Source: Vitrella brassicaformis CCMP3155 (lineage: Eukaryota > Protista > Chromerida). Taken from it: a stretch of 64,000 nt of DNA. How positions within the stretch are numbered: position 1 is the first letter of the stretch; every line of letters starts with the position of its first letter. This document shows, one piece after another, positions 13,999-27,864 of this stretch. The position numbers were made by a program, and so were the translations under genes. The stretch covers positions 1 to 64,000 of the forward strand of contig CDMY01000413.1 in assembly GCA_001179505.1 (NCBI GenBank). The letters run 5' to 3'. The notes below the pieces were generated by a model. The model ran no database searches. It saw nothing but the letters and a program-made list of their open reading frames with translations, and was not told the origin of the DNA.

Positions 13999-15834
13999 AA
14001 AACAAGTGACGATATGGGTGGATTCTCGCCCGTTGGTTACCTCGTCGGCCACCCATTTGTCGGCATCATATTGTATCCTCTCGATAGGCAACTTACAGAC
14101 ATCTAGCATGACGACCGTCTTGACCCTGAAGTTGCGCGTGTCCCACTTGGACGGCCACCAGTGGGGAGGAGGGGGAGGGCTGCACACACACATTACACAT
14201 CACACAGTAACAGTGTGTCTCTCTCTCCCCCTCCGTATGTGTATGTGTGTGTCTGTGTGTACTTAAGGAGGTCATTGAGAGTTCTGAGCATTTCATGCAG
14301 CCGCGGTCTGATGGCCAGCAGCTCGGGCAACGGAATGACTCTCCCGTTGGGAAAGGCGGACAGGTAGTGGAGCACCATACACATGTGCTCCACGCCACTA
14401 TGCTCAACCGTGTGGGTGGCCTGCACACAGACCCATACACACCCACACACACACAGTGCAGTGCCCCCATAAAAGCGTGTTTAGTGCACTCGTTGAGAGG
14501 GTACGTACAAGAATACCCTACCGGGATCTCATCTGCCCGGTGCATCATAATGTGCAGCACCCAGCCAGTGATGGCGTGGAAGCGCATCGTGTCGCGCCAA
14601 AAAATGGTGGGGCCGTTCTTGGGACTCTTCGTGCTCATCAGCTCCGTGGCCGTCTTGACCATCTCCCGATCAACAATCTGCATGGTGGCTGCCCTCGATG
14701 CTGGAAAGAAACACACAGCCTCCGAGATGAGATGCGCTTTGATGGATTTGCCGGCCCTTTCTGTGTATGTGGCTGTGTGTGTGCGAGGTAGGTACTGTAC
14801 CCATAGCACACCAGCCGATGAGCAACATGGCGCGGCTGTGGTATGTGACGTCTTCAGACAACAGGAGCCGATGCAGCACCGGGACCACTTCCGCGGCCAC
14901 CATCTGCCGAGCCACTTCCGCGGCCTGCTCCGTCACAGTCAACACAGGACCGTTGGTTGACCCTGATTGACACATGGACACAGACACACAGATTTCCATG
15001 AATGTCAATATACGCAACCTTCCCTCTCTCCCTCTCTTCCTCTCTCCCTCTCTCTCTCTCTGCGCTGTGCGCGTGTGCGCCCACCGGCAAAGAGCCCCAT
15101 GGCTGTCATGACGGCCGCCTCAGCCACCTCCCGGCTCTTATGTTCCATCAGCTCCACTACTTGCCCCACGGGGGAAGCGCGGCCAAGCTTGAGCAGGCTG
15201 TCCAGGTGCCCAGGCGCATTTTGCCAGGCCGTGAGCCGCTGGAGTGTGAAGAGGAGCATTGTGATGGTGCCGGACTGCCAGGCCGCCCCTGGCGGCGCGT
15301 CCAAGTGGCGTTCGACGTCACGCCAGGGGGACCCCGCATTTCGCCGGAACCAGCTCAGCAGAAACCCACAATGTGAAATGACCTCTCTGAAAAGATCAGT
15401 GAGCCAACGGAAACAGAGATACGTCCATCCATCCATCCATCCACGTACTTGATGAGATGTGGAACGGCCGCGAGATCCATCCCGGATATGAGGTCGTGCA
15501 GCGCCTCGGTCGCCTCATACTGCACCTCGGGATCGTCGAAGTCGGTGCACCGCCGCAGCAGGGCCATGGCGACAGCATGATGCGTCCCAGGGAAGGCGCC
15601 GTGGACCGTTGGCAGGTGGGCAGCTCGTCCATCAGGATGCGACATGTTTGCGTGGAGCCACTTGATGCCATCGAGCTGCCGCTGCCGGTCCTCGCTGTCC
15701 CGGAGGAACGTCAGGACGTGGGAAACGATGTGGCCGCCCGCTCTCTCCTCAACGTCCATCTGGGCAGATCGTTGCGACGAAAGGGCTATATGAAGCATTG
15801 ACAAGCTCATCATCAGACGAAGTATGAACCGCAT
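11328..15834 (-). CDS. ARM-repeat / single TM / coiled-coil / C-terminal RING-like protein (putative membrane E3 ligase)
   Basis: Phase-consistent exon chain. Importin-alpha-like ARM segments (DDPEVQYEATEALHDLISG; VVELMEHKSREVAEAAVMT), hydrophobic GVAFLVFLGLVALHVFCFPAIW, and C-terminal CVAC...FPCKQQCLCEGC...CPAC. Confidence 0.7.
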
Positions 15835-16553
15835 GGCGAGGAAAAAATCCCAGTTTGTCCCAAGTTTACAAAGGCGATCAGGGGTGCAAGGGTGCTCTCC
15901 TGTGCAACAATGAATGCTTATGTGAGAATACACAGCTGCTATCGGTTTGGTCAGTTTGTCCGAACGCATTCACTGAGCACCGCACGCCTCCATGCACCAC
16001 CACACGTCCAGAGCCCGACGTGGAGACGTGCAGAAGCCAAACAACATGAAGCAGACAAACCAACCAACCAACCAACATGCCAGCAGTGCCACTTCATCCC
16101 ATGCCACCACCTCCCTCCCGCCATCCCGCCTTCCCACCCTCGCACACACAGACGTACATACACACAACATGGGTTCCTACCTAAATCGGCATATATCAGA
16201 AAGCTGCCCTAGCTAGCTACGTGCGTCAGTCACACAGCGGGAAGACAACACATGTATGGAAAAAAGTGCCTCGTGTCCGGATGGATGATGGATGGATGGA
16301 GGAGTAAGTGGGGTAAGTACAACGCGTACAGGCACAGACAGGACTTACTTACAGGACTGCTGCAGGCAAGGGAGGCAAAAAAGGCGCCTGCCTTTGCTTC
16401 GATCGAATCGTGTTGGTGACCCAAAAACAACAACACAAGATAGACAGACACATGGATGGGATGGGATGGGATGCCAATCAAGTAACCTACCCACGTGGGC
16501 AGAGAAAGACACGAAATGAACTGCTGTGTGTGTGGTGTCTGTATGTCTGTCTG

Positions 16554-17585
16554 TCATGATCGGTTCTGTATGACGAAAGACCGACACACGACACGCGGCA
16601 CAGCACGGCCTGCCTCGATATACACCCGATTGTCGGCCACACTGCGAAGCTCCGCACCACTATGAGCGAAGTGACAGTCTCGCCCAAAGTTGCAGCGCAC
16701 GTGGTACCGGCACATGCGGGTATTGTAAAGCTCTCCGGGGCCTGCCATGCCATGCATACACACACACAGATGGATGCACACATAACTAACACCCGTGCAA
16801 GTGATGAGTACTGACTGCATAGCTTGTACCCTTTGCCGGTCGTCGGATGGGTGTACGCGTCGTCAGCGGCGGGATCATGTGAGGCGGAGGTAGCGTCGGG
16901 GGCCGCAACCATGCACTGGATGACGGCGTGCTTACCGAGCTCGACGGCGTGCTTACCGAGCTCCTCAGTGCAGGAAACTCGACCGCGTATCTGTAGCTGC
17001 AGCGACGCGGCACCTGTGCAGGCAGGCCGTCACAGAACACGCATATATATGCAGACAAATACTCCAACCGACAGCCAGGCACGCACTCCCTCCCTCAAAA
17101 GTCACCTGTCGATGGACGGTTCGTGGAGGAGGTGAGGGTGGAGGCGAGTCGAAGTCCATGTCCATCGACGACAGACGCATGTAGACGAAGGGGTTGGTGT
17201 CGTCGGTCTCGTCTCGCTCAACACGGGTGCGGGCGATGCGGCCGCTCGCCGCATGCTGCTTGCGGCAGTACGGGCATTTGCCTTGGCTGTCGATGCAAAT
17301 CTGACACACACAGCGGGCAGACAGACAGACAGACGGACATACAGTCAGTCAGATGGGACTGAGTACTCATCAGCTCACCTTATGGCAGCCCTTGCAGATG
17401 GCCTGTGAGCAGCATGACGTCACCGTCCTCACAGAGTCTCCGTCGCCTGCCCGGCCGTCCGCCTTCTGGTACGCCTCTCCACAGATGGGACAAGACTCCT
17501 CGCTGCTCGCCGCCGAGGTGTGGGTGATCACGGGGTTGGGCGATTGGACGCTGGCATGGCTGCTGCTCGACTGGGATACTCCCAT
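16554..17585 (-). CDS. RING finger + CCCH zinc finger protein (3' end uncertain)
   Basis: CPIC...CCSQAICKGCHK|ICIDSQGKCPYC (RING-like) and YNTRMCRYHVRCNFGRDCHFAH (TTP-like CCCH). Exon phases are consistent up to the CCCH exon. Confidence 0.75.
16922..16963. repeat. Perfect 2 x 21-bp tandem duplication encoding ELGKHAV twice
   Basis: gacggcgtgcttaccgagctc repeated head-to-tail. Confidence 0.95.
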
Positions 17586-17812
17586 GCTGCATGCGCTGCC
17601 AGATCTCACCCCCAACAATCAGTCAAAGCCGCGTGAAAAAAAGCTGTCCCGCGCATCGGTCAGGCGTAGGCGTCTAAAAGAGTAAGTAGGAATGAAGGAG
17701 GAATTCCTTTCACGGTCGATTGAGCCGCTCAAACGAATGGGCAAGAGAAGAGGACGTAAAACAAAACCACGTGGGAGGAGGCAGGGGAAGAAAGCAAAGG
17801 TTTGCTGCCACG

Positions 17813-20095
17813 ATGGGTCCGCCACTGGTACAGGTTGCGCCAATGATTGATGTCACGTAAGAACAGACACGACGAAACACAGACTCGTTTGCCTGCACAT
17901 GAGGGTGTGTGTGTGTGTCCTTCCTTGCCGTGCCTTCGCAGCGATGTTCACTTCCGGAAGTTCATGAGCCTCTTCTCCCGCCGCAGCCAACTGTGGACAG
18001 GTAGATAGAGCAACCTCCGCTGACAGACAGACACGACAGGGGACACACAGTGACATTTGGGTCCCTCTTTGCGCTTCATGCCGACAGAGATGGTCGTGGA
18101 GAATGCTGTCCGCTACAACCTGCATGGCCCGACCGTGCGGGACGCAATCGGTAAGCAAACGCCGCACACAGAAGGGAACAAACAAACAGCACACGGCAAA
18201 ACTAAGCTTGTACGGTGTGACTCCACAGCTCTGGCAGACATCGAGAACCCCTCCGTGTGCCAGCTAGGCGGCAGCGACCCCGCTGCCTTGGCCGACGCCG
18301 CGTCAATGGTCGTGCGTGAGTGGGGCTATCGTGAGATCAACCTCAATGTGGGCTGCCCCAGCGACCGTGTGGCTGGCCAGGGGTGCTTCGGCGCCGCCCT
18401 CATGAAGGAGCCAGAACTGGTGCGGGACATCGTAAGCACCATCAGCAGACAGGTGAGGGAGGGGGCGAGCGGGGAGGGGGTGTAGGTGGCTATACCGTGG
18501 CTATGTGTGCTGTCTGTGTTGCTCAGGTGGGCCCTGAGGTGACTGTGACGGTCAAGACCCGGCTGGGCGTGGATGAGTTCGAATCGTACGACTTCGCCAA
18601 GGGCTTTGTACAGGTAGGTCAGCAGACGCCACGCCCTCCCGGTGCCATGCCGTGTCAAAGCTTTGTGTGTCCACGTTTGTGTCAATGTGTGTGTGTTGCC
18701 GACAGACGGTGTCCGAGGGCGGTTGTCGTCACTTTATCATCCATGCCCGCAAGGCGTGGCTCAGCGGCCTCGACCCACACCAGAACCGGACCATTCCGCC
18801 ACTGCACTACGACAGGGTGTATCGCTTGGCCCGCGACTTTCCTCACATTGACTTCACTCTCAACGGAGGCATCACCTCACTCGACATGGTATGGTCGGTC
18901 CGTTGGCCGGCCACACATGCACTGCACGCCCCACCAACACGCACACAGCGTCTTGTTCTCCCTCTGGCTGGCCATTTCTAGGCTGAGGACGCCCTGCACG
19001 GCCGGTGGCGGAGCGCCACTCCCCCGCCGGATGAAGAGGAGATGCTGATGCAGGAGCTGCACAAGATGCGGGGGCCGCGGCCGCTGCGGGGCGTCATGAT
19101 GGGGCGGGCGCCGCTCAACAACCCCTGTGTCATGGCAGATGTCGATCGCCGCTTCTATGGCGAGCTCAACCCACCCACCACCAAGTCACGCAGAGTGCTG
19201 CTCGAGGCAAGCTGACAGCACACACCCACCACAGACAGACAGACAGACAGACAGACCGACAGACACAGAGACGCATATTGCCTTCGTGTGCAGGCGTATC
19301 TTGATTGGGTCGATCGCGAGTACCCCGAGTGTCTGGGTGTGTATGGCCTTCACTGGAGGGTCATCAAACCAATTATCGGTCGGTCAATCACACACCGCCC
19401 ACAAAACCATTATGTGTCTCATCACATCCGTCCGTCGTGCATCTTTCTCCCTGCCAGGCATCTTTGCTGGCCAGTCGGGCCACAGGACCTTCCGCTACCA
19501 CATCGACGTCATATCTCGCGGCGAGAGCGACCGCCTCAGCGCCTCAGAGATCATCCGCAAGGCCATGGACATTGTCGACGACCACTCGCCCCATGTCCTG
19601 GACCAGCCCATAGTCGACCCTGGGGCCCCCGCCCTCCCCCTCCCCCTACGCCCAACCAATGGCAAGAACCGCGCCGCCCAGGCGGACGAATGGGAGATCG
19701 ACGAGGTGGCGGCCATCCTTGCCAAGGGGCCGATGAAGATCCGGCGCAACGCCCCTGACTTCCTCTCCAAGGCTTCGCAGAAGAAGCGGGAACACGAGAG
19801 GCGGAAGATGTTCCGGGAAGGCAAGCTCAGCGGCCTCGCTGAGACGGAAACGATGCAGGAGAGCACGGTGTGTGAGTGTGTGTGGGAGATAGAGGGGGAG
19901 AGGGACTTTAATGGTGAGAGTGAGGTGAGGACGGTGGGGTGTCAGTTCGGTCGGCCGATGAGTGGTGTGGATGGGTGTGGGGTGCCGGGAGATGAGCTGG
20001 ACAGCCCTGCGTCGAGCAGCAGTGGGTGCGGCACCGACACAGGTAGTGGCTCGACCCGCACCAAGGCGGGGGGGACAGAAGGGGAGGAGTTTTGA
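17813..20095 (+). CDS. dusA: tRNA-dihydrouridine synthase, DusA-type, with a low-complexity C-terminal extension
   Basis: [79 protein letters not shown]. Start codon approximate. Confidence 0.92.
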
Positions 20096-20525
20096 CGCCA
20101 TATATTGACTACTACGTGTGAGGTGTGTGTTCGGGGTGAATCTGTACAGCGTGATGGCATGTGTGATAGACAGACATCTGTGCCGTGCGTGCAATACGTG
20201 TGTCGACCGTTCGACCAGGGACTCGGAGAAATCAATCTTGCATCGCATCGTGTGTGTCTATACAAAGACCTCATGCAAACCAAACCCTCATTGTATTACC
20301 TCCCGTCCTCTCCTCCCGCCCGCCCGCCCTGCCTTGCTGGGAAGGTGGGCAGGGGTTGGATAAAGAACAGTGTGGTCTTGTCGCGGTCATGAAGAAGCCC
20401 TCCTTGACTTGACGATGTGCAGCACAGACAACCGCTTCCAGTCAGTCGTGATACGCATCCATCGTCCACAAGCGATTCTCAAGATGGCGGTTGAGTTGAC
20501 TTACAAGACCTCGGACCATACCATT

Positions 20526-22255
20526 TCACTTGTCTTGCTTGAGAACACTGTGGTTGACCTGAAGAGCACCACAGACAAATCGGACGGGAGGATGAGATGA
20601 AGCACAGAAGGGGACGGACAGGCGTACACACATCACATTCACAGATGCAGATCGGTAGGCTAGGCAGGTGTCACTCTCTGCACCGCGTCTCACTCACTCA
20701 CCACAAACAGTTTGCCCATGCTTTCCTCCGAGTATGTGTTGATGTCGCGGCAGTAGTTCTGAATCTGACTCGAGATCAGCAGGCTGTCCATCGGATTGTA
20801 CTGCAGTGCACACACACATCCATCCATCCACCCGCTGTCGACCTCTCTGTGTGTCTGTCCTCCCCACCACACTGACTGACCCTTCTGTCCATGTAAGGTC
20901 TTGGTTGCCTCTTGTCGAGGAATTGTCGCTTCGACTCCTCGGAGGCCAAATCGTCCAGACAGTCTATCAACGCAGACCTACACACCACACACACACAACA
21001 CACACACAAGCATCCCATGGTACGGTGTGAGGTCTCTCCTTCTCTCCCCGTGTGTGTTGTGTGTGTGTTGTGTGTGTGTACTCACAGGTTTTTCTGCATG
21101 TAGGCTGAGTTGTCGAAGTCGAGTGTGTCTAGGTCGACGGATGACTGGAAGGGGTCGCCCAGGACGTTGTCGACCAGGAAGGCCTCCACCAGCAGCGGGT
21201 TGTTGATCGACAGCGGCACCTCCTCCAGCAAATTGTCGCACTGCAGCTGCTGCAAATTCATGCCACTATTGGACACACACACAAAGACAAACAAAGACAC
21301 CCATGGAGCGAATGACACACTGGAGATCCTGCCGTGTGTGTGTTGTCCTCTTTATGTCTTCCTTACAGAGGCTGCCCGCGTTGGTTGGCTTCCTTCCGCC
21401 GCTTGACCAGCTCATCGGTCACGCGGAAAGCCTTCACACACACACACACACACACGTGCCGACAGTCATAGCAAGCCAAGCGGCTGTGTGTCGGCTGTGT
21501 GGTCGGGTGGGACATTCATTAATGAATACCCACCCTGAATGCGAGTCTGCCTATGGCGTTCTGCAGCGGGTCGAAGACGAGCACCACACACTTGTCGTTG
21601 ATTTTCTCCTGGTAGCCGATCTGCTCCTCCAGCAGCCGCTCCGTCAGGAAGTGGGACAGGTAGGTGCTCGTGTACCAACCCACCGTGTTGGCATCAACAT
21701 TCACCTTAATTTCACAACACACAACACACATCCAATCCAAACAATGGCTGGGCTGCCCGCCTGTCTGTCTGTTTCCTCGGTGGCTGTGTGACGTGACCCC
21801 ACCCCTCATTACTTAAGAGTGCCGACTGACTGACCTCTCTGAGTGCCTTCATCATCTCGAGAGAGTACTGGCTGTCCTGTGTGGTGTCGCCGCTCTCGAT
21901 GTTCCTCTCTGGGGTGGCGAAGCTGTGGGTGACCTGCAGCACGGCTCCCACGTCCAGACCCATCAGCTTGCCGCTCGCACCCGTCTGGTCACGCGCATGC
22001 TTCATTATCTTCAATATCACCTGAGGGAGGGAACGAACGGACAGCCGCACAACACACCACACATACAGACCAACACACACACACACAGACATTAGCAGGG
22101 AGGGATCTGTCACGGTGCAGCTGCCTTCCCCCATCCGTCTACGTGTTGATCATCGTGCATCCCTTGTGCCACGTGCCCAGTCGGCTCACCAGTGCGTCGA
22201 CCTCCACCCGCTGCAGACCTTGGCTGCGGTCTTGACGGGACAGCTCACGCGACAT
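20526..22255 (-). CDS. eIF3H: Eukaryotic translation initiation factor 3 subunit H
   Basis: VEVDAL|VILKIMKH, GKLMGLD..LQVTHSF, MMKALRE|VNVDANTVGWYTST, VVLVFDP, EEVPLSINNPLL, MDSLLISSQIQNYC. Confidence 0.92.
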
Positions 22256-22444
22256 TCTGCCTGACCAGATTACGCGCGAGGGGGTCAGGGGAAGAGATTC
22301 GCCTCTAAGCTCGCAGCTAAGCTCGCAGGCGTTTGTGAGAGCTGTACGCTGCCCCGTGGCCTGTGGTGCAGTCCGCTTCTCCAGCCCCGGCCACATCGCC
22401 CTGTGTGTTGAAGGCTCTGCAAAGGCAGATCACTTGAAGTGGCA

Positions 22445-25397
22445 ATGGCGGAGGTGAGCCACTCGGTGAGCCACTCGGCCATTCCTGCAGAGGTGCTGGG
22501 CGCCCCGTCGCTGCCCGACTCGCTGCCGTCGACCGAAACGCTCGGCAAGGCCACGGCGCGGCAACGGAGGTCCCGCGCGTCGCTGCTGCGGTCGGGGTGG
22601 GAGGCCGGCGGCCAGGCGGTGCTGCAGTGCGGGGGCAAGTTCTACACACGGCTGAGGAAAGAATATGGCACTGAGTTCCTCATGCTGCTCTCTAACGTTT
22701 GCCTGGGCGTCAAGGGCATCATCTACCAGGTGGGGCCGACTGGACAGTCGGCCGAGGCGCGGCGCACAGAGACCGTGTCGGACATGTGCCGTATGTATTG
22801 TGGGTTGTGTGTTTCAGTACTTGATGACGGTTGGGCTGCCCTACTTCAAGTGGCTTGGTCTGGATGGCGTCAAGTACCAGACCAACTTCACCATTGCCTG
22901 GACGCCCTGGGCCATGAAGGGTGGGTCGGTGCGAAAAAGCCGACAGAGCATCCAACCAACTAGACTGACTCTTCGTGTGTGTGGTTGTGCAGGCATTTTC
23001 GCCTCGCTGACAGACGCGTGGCCCATCGGTGGCTATCACGCAAAGTGGTACATGTTCATCGCCAATGTGCTGGGCGTCGCCGGCCTCCTCGGACTTGCCG
23101 TGTTGCCGAGAGAAAGTATGTATGTCGCAGCTTTAAAGCGTGGCTAGCTATCGATAGCAGACAGACAAGGCAAGACGTCTGTCTGTGTGTGTGGTTTGTG
23201 TCTGTTGTGTCCTTCCTTTGTGTGTGTGTGTGCAGCTGCGAGGACGCACGTGTGGATAGTGGGCGCGTTCTTCTTCATGGCGCAGGTGCAGGTGGCCGTC
23301 CAAGACATGCTTCTCGATGGTGAGTGAGCCTGGGAGGGAGGCAGTGACGCAATGCAATGGGGACCAAAGGCAGTCAATCTGTGCACGCCACGCCGTGTGT
23401 GTTTGCAGGCAAGTACACGGAACTGATGGCCATCTCGGGCCGAGGGTAGGAAGGAACCGCACCCCCCACCCAGCCCCCCACCACGACAACCAAGCGCAAA
23501 CCCCCTTCCCTCCCTCCCTCCCTCCCTCCCTCGCATCGTTGTGTCCATTTGTCAGGAATGAGATCGTGACGTACGTGTGGTTCATGAGCACGGTGGGCAA
23601 CATGATGGCGAGCGCCACTGTGGGGCCCATCAGCGACTCGGTTGGGCCGGGGCTGGTCTTCTGGATCGCACTACCCATCGCACTCCAGACGGCATACCCC
23701 ATACTAAGGGGATGGATGCCAGAGGAGAGAGTCCCCCCACCCAACGGATCGAAACTGCAAGTAGGGAGGGGCGGGCACACAAACAGATAAACAGACGAAT
23801 GGCTGATTCTGTTACACACGTGTGTCTGTGTGTGTGTGTGTGTGTGTCTCACAGGTAGCGAAGGTGAAGTCTGAGTGGCGGACATTCGCCATGGGCTGCA
23901 GCACAGGCGTGGCTGCGCTGGGGCTGGCCATCGTCGGTGAGACTGACACGCACACACACACAGACATATTTGCAGATGGAGACGAGTGCAATGGTCTGGT
24001 GGGGTGGCCATGTGTGCAGGTGCGGCGTTCTCCCCCTTTGTGCAGCTGGTGTACACGCTAAGTGTGTCAGTGGTCGTATCGATTCTCTCGTGCTTCCTCT
24101 GCAAGAGGGAACAGGCCACAACCAACCTCTACTTCCTGCTATCAGGTAAACAATCACATCCACACCCGCTGCAGCTGCACCTGGCTGGTGCTTCCTTGAT
24201 AAACGTGTCTCAGTGTCGCTGTATGTCCAAATCCCCGGGGCGATCGACTTCTGGTACACGGCCGACCCGTCCTGTGTGGCGGACGGGCCTCACTTCGACT
24301 TCACCTACTACCAGACAGTCTCGCAGCTGGTGGGCAACGTGGCGCAGGTGGCCGGCATCGTCCTCTTCCAGCTGTGCGTGAGGAACTGGCGATTCCGGAC
24401 GGCCTTCTGGGTCACCACCGTTGTGCGGATCGTGGCCTCGTGCGTGGACCTGCTCATCATCCAGAGGGTCAATGTCCGCTTCGGCCTCCCTGACAAGGCC
24501 GCGTTTATCCTGTAAGTGACCAGACCACCTGGTGGGGTGGCTGCGAGGGTTGTCATGCGTCCGTCCCATCTGTCTGTCCTTCTGGCTGTGTGTAAATGAA
24601 TGTATTTCAGTGGCGATGCGATGATCCTCAACCTTGCGCAGATGCTTGATCTGATGCCCGCCATCCTGCTGACGTCCAGGCTGACGTCGCCCGCCATGGC
24701 CACCACCTCATTTGCCGTCCTCGCAGGGTTCTTCAACTTTGGCATGAACGCGTCACGCGCCCTCGGCACCTTCATGATCGACTGGTTCGGCGTCAAGACG
24801 GCCGAAAGCGTACGCTAGCATGTTGATGCACTCATATACCCTCCCTCATCTGACTGCCGGACGGACCCAACGCCTGCAATGGTTGGCCTCGTGTTGTGTT
24901 GTGTGTAGCACACTGGCGTGGGTGCGTCAGCCGAGGAGTGCGACTTCAGCAACCTCTCCTGGCTCGTGCTGGTGGCGCACATCATCCTCCCGGCCCTGTC
25001 CATCCCCCTAGCTTTCTTCCTGATCCCCGACCTGCCCATCAACGGCCCCTTAGAGACACAACACGCGTCCGCCTCACGGCAACTCTCGGCGAGCAGCCTG
25101 GCCGACGAGGACACCATGGCGGGGGGCGGGCTGGACGAAACCGACGACCAGTATACAGACGAGGAGAGCACCACCGCTGCTGCTGCTGCTGCTGTTGCCG
25201 GAAAGCGGACCAGTGATGAGCCGACAGCGCGTCAGAATGAGCAGCACCACGAGACGGCGCCGACCGTGTTGGCGATAGAGATGGAGGAGATGGCGCTGCG
25301 TGTGCCGATGGGGCTGTGTGTGGGGTCGTCGTCAGTGATGCCGCGGACGCCACGGATGGCCACTGAGGAGGGGGGCGATCGGGGTGCGGGGGACTGA
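22445..25397 (+). CDS. BT1-family folate/biopterin transporter (MFS)
   Basis: PWAMK|GIFASLTDAWPIGGY, multiple TM helices, PGAIDFWYT, TSFAVLAGFFNFG. Multi-exon; stop at 25395-25397. Confidence 0.88.
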
Positions 25398-25961
25398 ACA
25401 CGTGAGGGCAAGTGTTTTTCTCTTGCAAAGCCTCACGTTTCGTTTTTGTGTGTAGAGAGAAGTGTGTATTGTGATGTGGATATACATACGTGTAAGTGTA
25501 CAGTCGTGTGACTTTGTGCGGTGAGTGAGATGTCTGGTGGTGACGTGCGACGGTGTGTGGGGACACGATGGATGCCAACGTGTTCATCGCCAACGCGGCC
25601 CATGCGCTGTTGGAGAAGGAGGGGTGGAAGGGTCGGGGATTCAGTCATGTGTCTGGATGGATTTGCTCGCTTTTTGTCTGTGCGCGGTAGCTGTGTGGCT
25701 TGGCAGGCAGGCATGTTTTGTCAGCGCCGTTGAGCGTTTCACGTGCCTGTCGATATGTTTCTATCTGTAGACGCGTGGCTGGCTGAGATATGGCAGAGTC
25801 CCATAGGATGGAGAAGGGACATACCGGGCGAGGCTTCCAGACGCCATTATTTCGGCTGCATGCCCACAATTCTGGGCGATCTGTCTGTAACAACACGCAT
25901 GGGAGCTGCATCGTCCTTCAGCTCTGCTCGGTGACTGCAGAGTCAAAGCATCGGAAGATCC

Positions 25962-27864
25962 ATGGACACCGGCGCCTGTTCAGCGACTTTGCTTCAAGAG
26001 GCCTCCGACGAGTACGCGAGTGGCATGCTTGTGGACTCCCAGAGCTCCGATGTAGCCAATAACAATTACATCAAGGCTGCCAAGATCGCTCCCGATGGGT
26101 CATCGGTTCTCTCTGCCTCGGAAGACACACTTCTGCGGCTGTATGCGCTGGACCAAGGCAAGCCGTCCATTACTGATATGTTGCCGCAGAGAGCAGGGAA
26201 AGTCATGACCACCTTTGTCTGTCATGCAGAGGCGCTCAATGCCGAGAGGGAGCGGCGAGCAACAGCTGGTGGCTCAGACGCCAAAGCTGCTGCGCTGCGG
26301 CCGTGGACTTGTGCCTATGAGGGCGAGTGCATCTTTGACTTCGCGTGGTACGCAGAGGAACGAACGAGCACGGTGCGCACCGAATGATTGTGGTTGTGTC
26401 TGGTCTGCAGGTATCCCCTGTTTGCGGCCGATGATCTCAGCTCAGCGTGCTTTGCGTCCACTTCACGAGGCCATCCTGTAGGATAGGAGGGAGGATTGAA
26501 GAACCGACACACAACTCTGACTGACGACCATGTGCTGTGCTGTGCATGCCTTGCCTTTTGTCAATCAATGGCCTGCGTCAGATTCATCTGTTCAACGCCT
26601 TGGATGGCTCTCTGCGGACATCCTATCTGCCCTACAATGCATTCAGCCACGAGCCAGAAACAGCCCTCTCCCTGGCATTCCATCCCCAAGGGCAGGTGCT
26701 CTTCGCCGGCTCACGGAGCTGCGTCAAGGTCTTCGACGTCATGAGGCCCGGAACACAGATTGAGGTGGGTCTCCGTGACACACCGAAGATCGTTGGTCGG
26801 AGAGCTTCAATGGGGTGTTTGGTGTATGTGTATCAATCACTCGTCAGGATCGGCTGCTGGCCACACGGCGGAAGGCTGAGGGACAGCGCGGCCTCGTCTC
26901 GTGCTTTGCTTTCCCCACTGCCCCCTCATCGGCTGACGAGAAGCTCTACGCCGTCGGCACATACAGTAAAACGGTGTGCATCTACAGCGAGGAGCATCAG
27001 GGAGCCCGGCAGCCCGTGTGCTGGCTTGAGGACGCCGACCAGCCGATGGGGGGCGTCACGCAACTGGCCTGGGTCGGGGACCATCATGTCGTCAGCGGCC
27101 ACCGGCAGGACCGATGCATGAGGCTTTGGGTAAGGATCGATCGGGACACATGTGGCCGATAGGGAAGCACGTATGTGTGTGTGTGTTGTCTTGTGCTGGT
27201 TGGTTTGTTGGTGTTGTTGGTTTCTCAGGATCTTCGCAAGCCGGAGGCCGTGCTGCGTCGGTTCCCTCGTGTGACCACCACGTGTCAGCGCTTCCGGTTC
27301 GACGTGTGTGTGCGCAAGGGGCAGACTGTGGTCGCTACGGGAGATCTAAGCGGTCGTGTGTCCCTGTTCGATCTCAACACCGGCGAAACCATCAGCCGCT
27401 TCCAGGCCCATGCGCGAGCCGTGAGTGTCAAGTGACGACGGAGCACTCCACAACGCATCGCATACATTATGTGTGTTGTGCATTTCTTCTTGGCGTTGTG
27501 TCAGTGCACAAGTGTGGGATTCCATCCCTCTGCGAACTATGTCGTCACGTCTTCCGGAGAACGGCTCTTCCCATCGTTGACGCACCTCGCCTCGAGGGAC
27601 GACCAATCGGCCGCGGCCGCTGCAGAAGATGAGAATATGGCGGAGTCAGAGAGCGGGGAAGACGGCAGCCCTCCAGCGAAGAGGCAGCGACGGTCGACAG
27701 ATGGGCCGCAGCCGGCAGAGGGCTCGAGTGCAGCATCACAGCCGCTCAACTGCATCCGGGTGTGGCAGATCCACTGGGGGGGAAGCGAACCACAGGAAGG
27801 CACGACGGTCACTGCAGAGAAAGACACTGCAGACGGAGAGACGGGCGGCGCGGCGTGTTCGTGA
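25962..27864 (+). CDS. WRAP53: Telomerase Cajal body protein 1 (TCAB1/WDR79), WD40 repeat; start uncertain
   Basis: NYIKAAKIAPDGSSVL..SED..LRLY, EGECIFDFAWYP, IHLFNALDGSLRTSY, QRGLVSCFAF, YAVGTYS, GGVTQL, WDLRK, TTCQRFRFD. Confidence 0.85.
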
